Assembly: GCA_016184225.1 (NCBI GenBank)
Contig: JACPDA010000005.1
Coordinates: forward strand, 67,590-131,589
Length of the DNA: 64,000 nucleotides
DNA from: Candidatus Daviesbacteria bacterium
Lineage (GTDB): Bacteria; Patescibacteriota; Microgenomatia; Daviesbacterales; UBA10151
Direction of reading: 5' to 3'
This document shows positions 20,273 through 29,447 of this stretch, one piece after another. The stretch's first letter is position 1. Each line of letters opens with the position of its first letter. The notes beneath the pieces are model-generated. The model saw only the letters and a list, made by a program, of their open reading frames with translations. It was not told where the DNA came from and made no database searches. The position numbers were made by a program, and so were the translations under genes.

Positions 20273-21802
20273 ATGGAAAAATATGCCTTACTCTCGGTAT
20301 ATAATAAGGAAGGTATATCTGACTTTGCAAAGGTATTAGAGAAGTTGGGATACAAAATTATCTCCACTGGCGGTACTTATGAACAGTTAAAAAAGAACGG
20401 TATTGATGTTACCCCAATTGATGAGATAACCGGTAACCCCAGAGACTCCTTTGACGGCCGGATGAAAACTATTAGTTTTCAAATTGAGTCGGGAATTTTG
20501 TTTGACCGGAGAAATCCTAAGCATGTAGAAGAGGCCCAAAAATTGGGGGTACCGCAAATAAACATTGTGATATGCAACCTTTATCCGTTTGAAGAAAAGC
20601 CTGGCATTGAAACAATCGATGTCGGAGGGCCAACCATGATTAGGGCTGCAGCTAAAAATCATGTAAATGTTTTGGTGGTGGTTAGTCCTGCTGATTATGG
20701 TATGGTGGCAGATGCTTTAGAAAAGGGGAAAGTTACAGAAAAATTAAGGAAAGAATTGGCTGCTAAAGCTTTTTATCATCTATCTTTTTACGATTCTCAA
20801 ATCGGTAACTTTTTCAGTAGCGAGAGGTTTCCCAAAGAACTCACTATACCTCTTAGAAAAACTAATGTTCTCCGCTATGGGGAAAATCCCCATCAAGAAG
20901 GAGCCCTCTATCTTATGCCAAAAACCAATTCTCCTTTTGCAAAATTAAAACACCTTTGGGGAAGGGAACTTTCCGGCACCAACATTGGTGATATTCAAGC
21001 AGGACTGGAAACTGTCAGACAATTTAAGGAACCGGCAGCCGCAGTTATAAAACATTTAAGCCCTTGCGGAATAGCTACCGGCAAAGATGCTTTCGAGGCT
21101 CTGTACCGGGCAACCGAAGCAGACCCTGTTTCCGCATTTGGAGGGGTAGTGGTATTAAATAAGCCCATGGATTTAGAGGCTGCAAAGAATATTGCCACGT
21201 TTAAAAATGAAAGAGAAGGAAATACTGATATTGTGGCAGTTCCATCAATTTCGCCTGATGCTTTGGAATTACTGAAAAAAGTCAGAAAGAGTATGGGAGT
21301 TTATACATTTGGTGAAATTCCAAGGGAAAGAACTGAAAGATGGGACTTAAAATATTTTGCCGGAGCAGTATTACTTCAGGATTTTGATGATGATGTTGAC
21401 AAAAGTTTTAAGGCCTGGAAAGTTGTAACTAGAAATAAACCGACAGAGAAACAACTTGAGCAAATGAAATTTGGTTTTAAAGCAGTGAAAGCTGTCAGGT
21501 CTAATGCCGTGATAGTAATTGATAAAGATATTCCGATGACCCGCGGGATTGGTTCCGGACAAACTTCACGCGTAGGTGCTACCAAGATTGCCCTGGAGCA
21601 AGCAGGAAAATTAGCAAAAGGTGGTATCCTAATAAGTGACAGCTTTTTTCCGTTTGAAGATTCAGTGGAAATGGCAGCAAAATACGGAATCGGAGCCATT
21701 CTGGAGCAAGGGGGTTCTGTTAATGATCAGGCATCTGTGACGGCCGCAGATAAGGCAGGTATCCCGATGGTATTTACCGGAAGGAGGGCATTCAGACACT
21801 AA
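20273..21802 (+). CDS. purH: Bifunctional AICAR transformylase / IMP cyclohydrolase
   Basis: MGS-like N-domain (ALLSVYNKEGI) plus an AICARFT C-domain, about 509 aa. Confidence 0.85.
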   Translation: MEKYALLSVYNKEGISDFAKVLEKLGYKIISTGGTYEQLKKNGIDVTPIDEITGNPRDSFDGRMKTISFQIESGILFDRRNPKHVEEAQKLGVPQINIVICNLYPFEEKPGIETIDVGGPTMIRAAAKNHVNVLVVVSPADYGMVADALEKGKVTEKLRKELAAKAFYHLSFYDSQIGNFFSSERFPKELTIPLRKTNVLRYGENPHQEGALYLMPKTNSPFAKLKHLWGRELSGTNIGDIQAGLETVRQFKEPAAAVIKHLSPCGIATGKDAFEALYRATEADPVSAFGGVVVLNKPMDLEAAKNIATFKNEREGNTDIVAVPSISPDALELLKKVRKSMGVYTFGEIPRERTERWDLKYFAGAVLLQDFDDDVDKSFKAWKVVTRNKPTEKQLEQMKFGFKAVKAVRSNAVIVIDKDIPMTRGIGSGQTSRVGATKIALEQAGKLAKGGILISDSFFPFEDSVEMAAKYGIGAILEQGGSVNDQASVTAADKAGIPMVFTGRRAFRH

Positions 21803-23214
21803 TGAAAGTGCAAAGTGCAAAGTGCAAAGTGCAAAGTTATGATAGTTACCAATCACCATTTTCTTGGAGATATGGATCAGAAAAAATGAGAGAGATATTC
21901 TCAGAAGAGAAGAAATATAAACTTTGGAGAAAGATTTGGGTAGCTCTTGCAAAAGCACAAGCAAAAGAAGGTTTGGTATCAAAAGAAGAACTGGCAGACC
22001 TGGAAAAAAATCAAGACAACATAGATATCGAACGGATTTGGGAAATTGAAAAAGATACCTGGCATGACACCGTAGCGGCAATAAAAGAATTTGCTGAGAA
22101 AGCCAAAATCGGCGGCGGCAAAATACACCTCGGTGCCACTTCCATGGATATTTCCGATAATGCTGAAACTATTAGGATTAGGGAAGCCTTGGATATAGTT
22201 GAAAAAAGACTCGTAGCTTTGCTACTCGCGCTTTCTTCGAAAGTAAAAAAATATGCTAACTTTCCCTGTATGGGGTATACCCATCTGCAGCCGGCAGAAC
22301 CAACAACCTTAGGATATAGATTTGCTTTCTACGCCCAGGATCTTTTAATGGATCTGGAACTTTTAAGATTTGTTAAGAAGAATTTAAAGAGTAAAGGTTT
22401 AAAGGGCGCAGTCGGAACATCAGCCAGTTATGTTAAATTGTTGGATAGGAAAAAAGCAGAAGAGATGGAAGTTAGGATTTTAAGGGAGTTAGGGGTAGAA
22501 GCATTTGAAATTACCAATCAAACTGCGTCCAGAAAGATAGAATTTTGGGTAGCCAGCTTACTCGCGGGAGTTGCACAGTCCTTGAATAAATTTGCCTTTG
22601 ATTTAAGGATTATGCAGTCACCCGGGTTTGGTGAATGGCAGGAGCCGTTTGGAGTTTTGCAGGTTGGTTCATCCGCAATGCCTTTTAAGAAAAATCCTAT
22701 TAAAGCAGAACAAATTTGTTCTTTGTCCAGGCTGGTGGTGAATTTATCAAAGACTGCCTGGGATAATGCTTCCATGATGTTACTTGAGCGGACTCTGGAT
22801 GATTCGGCTAACAGAAGAGTAGTAATTCCGGAAATGTTTTTGGCAATTGATGAAATGCTAAATTCTACCGCAAATATTGTTGAAGGATTAATTGTAAATG
22901 ACAAACAAATAATGAGAAATTTGGAAAAATATTGGCCTTTTTCTGCAACAGAAGGAATTATTCTGGAAGCAGTAAAACAGGGGGCAGACAGACAAAAAAT
23001 GCATGAGGCGCTCAGAGAAATTGCCATGAGAGCGTGGAAGTCTATCCAAGAAGGGAATCCAAATCCAATACAGGATTTATTAGAAGAAAATTCCACTATT
23101 AAACAGTACTTAAAACCAATAGAAATAATAGAAGTTCTGGATGCAAAAAATCATGTTGGTAATGCAAAAGAAAAAGCTTTGACTTTGGCGGATCAAATTG
23201 ATAGATTGACATAA
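21802..23214 (+). CDS. purB: Adenylosuccinate lyase
   Basis: Fumarate-lyase family with a PurB N-terminus (SWRYGSEKMREIF). The first codons are a heptanucleotide tandem repeat (MKVQSAKCKVQS). Confidence 0.85.
   Translation: MKVQSAKCKVQSYDSYQSPFSWRYGSEKMREIFSEEKKYKLWRKIWVALAKAQAKEGLVSKEELADLEKNQDNIDIERIWEIEKDTWHDTVAAIKEFAEKAKIGGGKIHLGATSMDISDNAETIRIREALDIVEKRLVALLLALSSKVKKYANFPCMGYTHLQPAEPTTLGYRFAFYAQDLLMDLELLRFVKKNLKSKGLKGAVGTSASYVKLLDRKKAEEMEVRILRELGVEAFEITNQTASRKIEFWVASLLAGVAQSLNKFAFDLRIMQSPGFGEWQEPFGVLQVGSSAMPFKKNPIKAEQICSLSRLVVNLSKTAWDNASMMLLERTLDDSANRRVVIPEMFLAIDEMLNSTANIVEGLIVNDKQIMRNLEKYWPFSATEGIILEAVKQGADRQKMHEALREIAMRAWKSIQEGNPNPIQDLLEENSTIKQYLKPIEIIEVLDAKNHVGNAKEKALTLADQIDRLT
21804..21838 (+). 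repeat. Heptanucleotide tandem repeat (CAAAGTG x about 5) within the first codons of purB
   Basis: gaaagtgcaaagtgcaaagtgcaaagtgcaaagtt. Confidence 0.8.
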
Positions 23215-23389
23215 ATATGGAAAAAACGGCTTATCACCACAGTACAAAAAATCGCTCGTACGGTAGAGACTTACTCACTTGTGAGTATTTTGTGGATACC
23301 AATAATCACGTATCGTTGAGACATTCAACACAAAATCCTCAACATTTTTTGTTACTTTGTGACTTCGCCGTTTTTATGGAGGAATTTTC

Positions 23390-23881
23390 ATGAAAGTCCT
23401 GATTATTACAGGTTCTGATTCTGATTTATCTGTTATGAAAGAGGCTGCAGAGGTGCTGGAAGAATTTGGTGTAGAGTATGAAATGACTATTTCTTCGGCA
23501 CACAGATCTCCCGAGAGAACTAAAGAATTAGTGGAAAAGGCCAAGAGGGATGGGGTAAAGGTGATAATTGCCGGAGCGGGGATGGCTGCTCATCTAGCAG
23601 GGGCGGTAGCAGCAGATTTTCCGTTACCGGTGATTGGAGTACCACTACAAAGCGGGATATTAAAGGGGATGGATGCATTTCTGTCAACCATACAAATGCC
23701 ACCGGGAGTGCCGGTAGCAACAGTGGCCATCAACGGGGCAAAAAATGCCGGACTGCTAGCAGTGCAAATTTTGGCAATCTCTGATAAACAGTTAGAGCAG
23801 AGATTGATGGACTATAAAAAAAAATTGGCAAATGATATTTGGAAGAAGTCAGAAAAGTTAAGAAGAATAACGAGAGCATGA
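23390..23881 (+). CDS. purE: AIR carboxylase / N5-CAIR mutase
   Basis: PurE fold (ITGSDSDLSVM…SAHRSPE…AGAGMAAHL). Confidence 0.9.
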   Translation: MKVLIITGSDSDLSVMKEAAEVLEEFGVEYEMTISSAHRSPERTKELVEKAKRDGVKVIIAGAGMAAHLAGAVAADFPLPVIGVPLQSGILKGMDAFLSTIQMPPGVPVATVAINGAKNAGLLAVQILAISDKQLEQRLMDYKKKLANDIWKKSEKLRRITRA

Positions 23882-24834
23882 TTGACAGGAAAACTATTAT
23901 TGGGAATATTCCCTTTTCTCTTAAATCCGTAAACCTCCCTAAGTTGGGTAAAAAATATCAAGGCAAAGTCCGTGATAGTTATGTACTTAACGACAAAAGA
24001 ATTATTGTCACAACTGACCGGCAATCTGCATTTGACCGTGTCCTGGGTTTCATTCCATTCAAAGGACAAGTCCTTACTAAACTTTCTGAATTTTGGTTTC
24101 AAAAAACTGCTGATATTATTCAGAATCACTTGCTTTCTGTTCCGGATCCTAATGTGATGGTGGTAAAAAACTGTCAGGTTATTCCGATTGAAATGGTGGT
24201 CCGGGGTTATATCACCGGAGTGACTGATACTTCCATTTGGGGTTCATATGAAAAAGGGGACAGGGTAATTTATGGTGTTAAATTTCCAGAAGGTTTGCAA
24301 AAAAACCAGAAACTTTCTGAGCCGGTGATTACTCCTACTACCAAAGCAGAAGCCGGCCACGATGAAAGGTTAACTGAAAAAGAAATTATCCAGAGAAAGA
24401 TTGTATCCCCGGCGATATGGAAACAGATGAAAAAAACTGCTCTGGATCTTTTTGAGCGAGGACAGGAAATTTGTGATAAGGCAGGGATAATTTTGGTGGA
24501 TACAAAATATGAATTTGGATTGGATAAACAGGGGAAGCTTATATTGGTTGATGAGATCCATACCCCTGACTCTTCAAGATACTGGATAAAAAAAACTTAT
24601 CCAGAAAGATTTAAAAAAGGCGTAGAGCCGGAAAGCTATGATAAAGAACCACTCCGGATTTGGTTTAAGGAGAGAGGTTTTACCGGTAAGGGTAAAATTC
24701 CCAAAATGCCCCCAAGTTTTATTGCCAAATTGAGCAGGCTGTATATGGGAATTTATGAAAAAATCACTGGCAAAAAATTTGTCCCTGAACTTTCAAAAAA
24801 CGTTAATCAAAGAATTATAAAGAACCTCTCCTGA
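23878..24834 (+). CDS. purC: SAICAR synthetase (long form)
   Basis: Conserved SAICAR-synthase blocks (GKVRDSY, TDRQSAFDRV); start moved to the ATG at 23878, which forms an ATGA overlap with purE. Confidence 0.85.
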   Translation: MIDRKTIIGNIPFSLKSVNLPKLGKKYQGKVRDSYVLNDKRIIVTTDRQSAFDRVLGFIPFKGQVLTKLSEFWFQKTADIIQNHLLSVPDPNVMVVKNCQVIPIEMVVRGYITGVTDTSIWGSYEKGDRVIYGVKFPEGLQKNQKLSEPVITPTTKAEAGHDERLTEKEIIQRKIVSPAIWKQMKKTALDLFERGQEICDKAGIILVDTKYEFGLDKQGKLILVDEIHTPDSSRYWIKKTYPERFKKGVEPESYDKEPLRIWFKERGFTGKGKIPKMPPSFIAKLSRLYMGIYEKITGKKFVPELSKNVNQRIIKNLS

Positions 24835-24912
24835 TTTAGGTTTATCCTGATAAACGATTGTTCCCGGCATCATGCTTATATTTTAGCATATTTGGAATTC
24901 AACTCTAGTCAA

Positions 24913-24941
24913 ACTTGACGATCGGCCCCAATAAGTATAGT
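24913..24941 (+). promoter_or_regulatory. Promoter-like TTGACG…TATAGT with an embedded GACGATCGGCCCC half-palindrome upstream of PaaX-like gene 1
   Basis: The CGATCGG motif sits inside the promoter spacer. Confidence 0.4.
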
Positions 24942-24955
24942 CTGAAAATATACCG

Positions 24956-25456
24956 ATGATAAAGAAAAATTCATTAAGTTATTTTTTGCTTCTTGGTTTG
25001 GAGAAATCGATTCAGAGTGGCGTTTTGCTAATTGATTTTGCCTACAATTCCCACTGGTATGTTTATCCCGGGCGAGACCCAAGAGATATAAATTACGGCG
25101 CTCTTTATCAGGCAGTTAGGGATTTGCGTGAGAAAGGCTTTATTGAAACCGAAAAAGACGGCAGAAAAATTATGTTGAAATTAACAGATAAAGGTAGGGA
25201 AGAGGCAATAGTAAAAAAGCTCTTAGCAGAAGAGAAATGGGATAGGAAGTGGAGAATTGTTATTTTCGATGTTCCGGAAAAGCACCGGAAATTAAGAAAA
25301 ATCTTGCGGAGTAAACTTAGGGAGTGGGAATTTGAGCCTTGGCAGAAAAGTGTTTGGGCAGGTAAAAAGGATGTAACAAGTCCATTGCGAAATTTTATTA
25401 AAGAGGTTGGTTTATCTGATTGGGTAAGGGTGGTAGTCGGTGCTGATGTAGCTTAG
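24956..25456 (+). CDS. Short PaaX-family-like transcriptional regulator (wHTH plus WDGKW-motif domain)
   Basis: Matches the PaaX N-terminus/middle region (…KWDRKWRIVIFDVPEKHRKLRKILRSKL…QKSVWAG). Paralog of 59013..59507. Confidence 0.6.
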   Translation: MIKKNSLSYFLLLGLEKSIQSGVLLIDFAYNSHWYVYPGRDPRDINYGALYQAVRDLREKGFIETEKDGRKIMLKLTDKGREEAIVKKLLAEEKWDRKWRIVIFDVPEKHRKLRKILRSKLREWEFEPWQKSVWAGKKDVTSPLRNFIKEVGLSDWVRVVVGADVA

Positions 25457-25477
25457 GATCTCTCACTTTAGACAAAT

Positions 25478-25491
25478 AGGCCGATCGGCCT
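25478..25491. promoter_or_regulatory. Perfect palindrome AGGCCGATCGGCCT just downstream of PaaX-like gene 1
   Basis: 14-bp perfect inverted repeat. Confidence 0.5.
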
Positions 25492-25576
25492 AAACGAGTA
25501 AAGTTGTGTTACCAGAATAATCAAACCGAATGATTGATATTTGACGATAACTATAAGGTATAGTATTATTTGCTGT

Positions 25577-26356
25577 ATGGTTGAGAGAATCAATTTTTCA
25601 ACAAAGGATTTGACCTTTCAATCCGTTACTAATCAACATAGTTTTGATAATTTTTCTGGTGAGCGAGTGTGGTTCAGTAAAAACAATTGGGGCGATGTCA
25701 GATTAGCGAGAGAAGGAAATTCTTCTGTTTTAAGGTGGGTTGATAACCGCATTATATGTTTAGATCCAGGATTTTCTTTCTACTATGATCATAACTACTG
25801 GGTTCAACCTTTTGGTATGGGTTTCCAACCTAAAGAATTAGCTGGTTCATATCCAGCAGTGATCAGTGCTGAGTCTGCAACCGAAGCGGAAGATGGAAGG
25901 ATAGTTGGCGCCATACAATACGGAACATTTTGGTATAACCCGGAAGGCGCTTTAACTGCCATAAGATGTGGAGGATTAACACGCGGAGGGTTTGAGATGA
26001 ATAATCCCTTTTTAGATCTGGTCAGGTTAGACCAGAGTGTGTGGCAAATCTATCGACTGGAAGACGTAACTCAATACACCTATGAGTATTTTCTTAAACA
26101 TAAAGAGAAGCTGCCAGAAGAAGTATTGTTAAAAGATGGGAAGGATATAATTTTTGATGAATTGATTACAAATATCACAGATGACGGTAAGGTTGTAACT
26201 CTTACGCAGAGTACAATTACCGGCCACAAACAAAAAGTTATCCAAGTTCCTTCGCATATAGATATTCTTAAATGGCGGGAAACTTTAGGTAAGCTTGAAG
26301 GTGCATGGGTGCAGGTCTTGAAGGATTTTCCCACGCAAATCGAACTCGTGGTATAA
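25577..26356 (+). CDS. Hypothetical cytoplasmic protein (about 260 aa)
   Basis: ORF with no recognisable motif; the track start at 25541 is also possible. Confidence 0.4.
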   Translation: MVERINFSTKDLTFQSVTNQHSFDNFSGERVWFSKNNWGDVRLAREGNSSVLRWVDNRIICLDPGFSFYYDHNYWVQPFGMGFQPKELAGSYPAVISAESATEAEDGRIVGAIQYGTFWYNPEGALTAIRCGGLTRGGFEMNNPFLDLVRLDQSVWQIYRLEDVTQYTYEYFLKHKEKLPEEVLLKDGKDIIFDELITNITDDGKVVTLTQSTITGHKQKVIQVPSHIDILKWRETLGKLEGAWVQVLKDFPTQIELVV

Positions 26357-26374
26357 TAATTTAACTTAACCTTT

Positions 26375-27352
26375 ATGGCAACGACTAATGGTTTTGTACT
26401 TTTAACAGGGACTGCTAATTTAAAACTTGCCAAAGATATTGCTAAAGTTTTGGGAAAAGATGCTGATGAAACCGTGAGCGTTTTTGCTGACGGCGAAAAG
26501 AGAATTGTTATCCCCGAGAATTTAAGGAAAAGAGATGTTTTTATAATCCAACCCACTTGTCCGCCGGTTGATGCAAACATTATGGAACTGCTTTTGATAA
26601 TAGACGCTGCAAAAAGATCATCCGCCTCAGAAGTAACAGCCATAATTCCTTATTTTGGATACTCCAGGCAGGACCGCAAAGATCGACCGCGAGTTCCCAT
26701 ATCAGCGTCTTTGGTTGCCAGGTTAATTGAATTTTCCGGGGCAGACAGAATTTTGACGGTTGATATCCACTCGGAGCAAGAGCCCGGATTTGTGGAAATC
26801 CCTTGGGATAATTTATACAGCAGTTACTCTTTTCTTCCCCAGCTAAAAAAATATTTCGGATCAAACTTAATTGTTGCCTCGCCTGATAAAGGCGGAGTTT
26901 TAAAAGCTGCATTTTATGCGGATCTGCTTGACGCTGATGGAGTGGCGATTGTTTTTAAGGAAAGGGATGTGATGAAAAAGAATGAAAGCAAGGCTTTGGA
27001 TATGATTGGTGACGTTAAGGGCAAAGACGTATTAATTGTGGATGATATGATTGATACGGCCGGAACGATTTGTGAAGCTGCTAAATTGATTAAGGGAAAA
27101 GGGGCAAAAAGCGTATCTGCTGCTGCTGCTCATGGGCTTTTTTCCGACCCTGCCATAGAACGGATTAACGACTCACCCCTAGATAAGATTTTTATCACAG
27201 ATACAGTGCCGCTTAGGAAGGAAGTTTTGGAGAGCCAAAAGTTTATTGTAATATCAGTGGCTAACCTTTTGGCAGAAGCTATAAACTGTATTCACAATGG
27301 TGATTCAATTTCTGAAAAATTAATCCCCAAAACTCACGAAGAAAGAAACTAG
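26375..27352 (+). CDS. prs: Ribose-phosphate pyrophosphokinase
   Basis: PRPP-binding motif (VLIVDDMIDTAGT) and the Prs N-domain. Confidence 0.9.
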   Translation: MATTNGFVLLTGTANLKLAKDIAKVLGKDADETVSVFADGEKRIVIPENLRKRDVFIIQPTCPPVDANIMELLLIIDAAKRSSASEVTAIIPYFGYSRQDRKDRPRVPISASLVARLIEFSGADRILTVDIHSEQEPGFVEIPWDNLYSSYSFLPQLKKYFGSNLIVASPDKGGVLKAAFYADLLDADGVAIVFKERDVMKKNESKALDMIGDVKGKDVLIVDDMIDTAGTICEAAKLIKGKGAKSVSAAAAHGLFSDPAIERINDSPLDKIFITDTVPLRKEVLESQKFIVISVANLLAEAINCIHNGDSISEKLIPKTHEERN

Positions 27353-27372
27353 CCCTTCGACTACGCTCAGGG
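27353..27372. repeat. Family 1 variant core between convergent prs and purM
   Basis: cccttcgactacgctcaggg. Confidence 0.55.
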
Positions 27373-27374
27373 TT

Positions 27375-28478
27375 TTAACGGACCTCTAAAGTTTCTGCCC
27401 CAAAACTGATTTTGATCGGTTCAATAATAACCTCTTTTGGTCCTTCCTGAACTACTCCGGCATTCCAGGATTTTAAGTTATGTTTTTCTGCTATGGCTTG
27501 GGCTTTTTCTACTTGGGTTACTGGCAAATATATCGCAAACCCGGCACCCATATTAAAGTTGCCGTACATATCTTTGTCACTGCTGCCCGATTGATTTTGG
27601 ATAAACTTAAAAGTTTGGGGAATTGGGGGGATTTGGGTAAGGAGGTAAGTAAAAGCTCTGTTTGCCCGCATTAGTTTTCTCCAACCATGGCCGGTAATGT
27701 TGACCAGGTAGTGTATTTCCACTCCGGCCTCAAATAAGTCTTTGATTAAATTTACATATATATAGGTAGGTGTAAGTAAGAAATCTCCGTATATTGTTCC
27801 GTCAGGTAATTTAGTGGTATAGCCTTCCGGTAGTTTTTCCGCAATAGCCCTGGCCAATGATAATCCATTAGCATGAACACCGCTGCTCTCTATTAGTAAA
27901 ATTGCATCGCCTGCCGTAAGTTTGTCTCCGAGAGTCAGTCTTTCTTTTGGTTTGATAATTCCGATACAAGCACCAGCCAGGTCTATTGTGTTTGGATTGA
28001 TGATTCCGGCCAGTCCCGGAGTTTCACCGCCGCCCCAGGTGGCCCCTGCCAGCTGGCAGGCTTTGGTCCAGCCTTCTACTAAAGCTTTGGAGCGATCACT
28101 GTTTGTGAACCACTCCGGACCTCCTGACCCGAAGTAAGCATTTATCACTTGTGGCATGGCTCCAACAGTAATGATATCGTTTACTATCATGGCAATGGTG
28201 TCTTGGGCAATGGCGCCATAATAACTTTGGCCGGTGGTTTTTTCCATTTCATCAGCCACTAAATTCTTCGTCCCCAAACCTTCAATAACAAATGCCCGGT
28301 ATGAATCTTCTTCTTCCCAGACAAAAGCTGATTCGCCCCGGCTTTCTGCTACTTCTTTTGCTCCAAAATTAAGCAGGTTTTGTGAAGTTTGTTTACCCAT
28401 TTGTTGGGCTAGTTTTTTAAGGGGATCCATGACATTGTAATTAACACCGGTGGAAGAGTAAGTGATTGTCTTGCTCAT
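27375..28478 (-). CDS. purM: AIR synthetase (phosphoribosylformylglycinamidine cyclo-ligase)
   Basis: AIRS N/C domains (GLGTK, ITGHG, FNMGAGF), 367 aa. Confidence 0.8.
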   Translation of the reverse strand: MSKTITYSSTGVNYNVMDPLKKLAQQMGKQTSQNLLNFGAKEVAESRGESAFVWEEEDSYRAFVIEGLGTKNLVADEMEKTTGQSYYGAIAQDTIAMIVNDIITVGAMPQVINAYFGSGGPEWFTNSDRSKALVEGWTKACQLAGATWGGGETPGLAGIINPNTIDLAGACIGIIKPKERLTLGDKLTAGDAILLIESSGVHANGLSLARAIAEKLPEGYTTKLPDGTIYGDFLLTPTYIYVNLIKDLFEAGVEIHYLVNITGHGWRKLMRANRAFTYLLTQIPPIPQTFKFIQNQSGSSDKDMYGNFNMGAGFAIYLPVTQVEKAQAIAEKHNLKSWNAGVVQEGPKEVIIEPIKISFGAETLEVR

Positions 28479-28532
28479 TTTATTAATATACTATAATTAT
28501 ATATCATACATAACCCTGATATAATTTTTAGT

Positions 28533-29447
28533 ATGCCTGAACGTAGGAAAAAAAGAAAAAAACGCAGTGCATCGAAGCAATCCGGCGTATCTTTATTTGT
28601 TATAGTAATTTTGTTATTTAGTGCGGCGCTCCTAATTGTTAAAGGATCAGGTTTTAATAAACCAATTCCGGATGTTGTCGAAATACCTAAAGAAGTGCAG
28701 GAATCAATTAAAAATGTAAAACCGCAAAAGTATCTACGAGTACCAATTCTTTTATATCACTATGTAGAGTATGTGAAAGACCCGAAGGATACAATCAGGA
28801 AATCGCTAAACTTAGAACCTCATGCTTTTGATTTGGAGGTGAAAACTTTGCAGGAAGCAGGATATAGCTTCATCACTTTAGCTGATTTGGCTGATGGTCT
28901 GGATGACAAAAGGACTTTGCCTGCAAAATCCGTTATTTTAACTTTTGATGACGGATACAGGGATTTTTATACGGACGTATTCCCGATCCTTAAAAAATAC
29001 CAAATAAAAGCAGTCGTTTTTGTCATTCCTAATTTTATAGACAGGCCGGATAATTTAACTACTTGGATGATTTCTGAAATTATCAAAAGCGGGTTAGTAG
29101 AAATAGGTGCACATACCATGAATCATACATATTTGCGCGGGCTATCTTTGAACCAAGTCCGGTATGAGATAGAGCAGAGCAAGAGCTACCTTGAGAAGAG
29201 TTTCGGCATCCAGGTTATCTCTTTCGCTTATCCTTATGGAGCTTTTGATAACGGGGCTATTGATGAAGTTAAAAAGGCGGGATTCAGGACTGCTGTAACT
29301 ACCATCCCCGGTACTTTCAGCATGGATGTTAATAGGTTTTTTCTTTATAGAGTTAGGCCGGGAGGAAGAGTGGGCCCGGATCTTTTGGAACTGTTAGAGA
29401 GAACAAAAGTTACCTCCATTCCTAAAAATGAAAATATCTTATCTTGA
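28533..29447 (+). CDS. Polysaccharide deacetylase (NodB homology domain) with an N-terminal TM anchor
   Basis: NodB motifs (TFDDGY, HTMNH). Confidence 0.8.
   Translation: MPERRKKRKKRSASKQSGVSLFVIVILLFSAALLIVKGSGFNKPIPDVVEIPKEVQESIKNVKPQKYLRVPILLYHYVEYVKDPKDTIRKSLNLEPHAFDLEVKTLQEAGYSFITLADLADGLDDKRTLPAKSVILTFDDGYRDFYTDVFPILKKYQIKAVVFVIPNFIDRPDNLTTWMISEIIKSGLVEIGAHTMNHTYLRGLSLNQVRYEIEQSKSYLEKSFGIQVISFAYPYGAFDNGAIDEVKKAGFRTAVTTIPGTFSMDVNRFFLYRVRPGGRVGPDLLELLERTKVTSIPKNENILS

Noticed and set aside
22518-23096. 192-aa antisense ORF inside purB, and many other 60-180-aa antisense ORFs from the track (e.g. 619..885, 1294..1629, 10295..10678, 26080..26643, 39966..40463, 40500..41033, 57839..58342)
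   Set aside because: They lie entirely within well-supported genes on the opposite strand, have biased low-complexity composition and show no motifs; they are treated as non-coding.
23215-23389. Possible purine or ZTP riboswitch in the 175-nt purB-purE spacer
   Set aside because: No match to the purine-aptamer conserved strings (UAUA…UUUCUACC…ACCGUAAAU…GACUAUG) or the ZTP/pfl motif (GGGUCGUGAC…CCGCC). Only two hairpins (CTCAC-ttg-GTGAG; GTTGAG-N17-CTCAAC followed by TTTTTT) consistent with a terminator, and a GGAGG RBS.
24956-25456. C-terminal halves of the two small wHTH proteins look like Cas2 (a VIxDV…R…Q.SVW-type beta-alpha-beta pattern)
   Set aside because: The WDGKW motif plus the N-terminal wHTH organisation match the PaaX family better. 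No cas genes or CRISPR array exist anywhere in the window.
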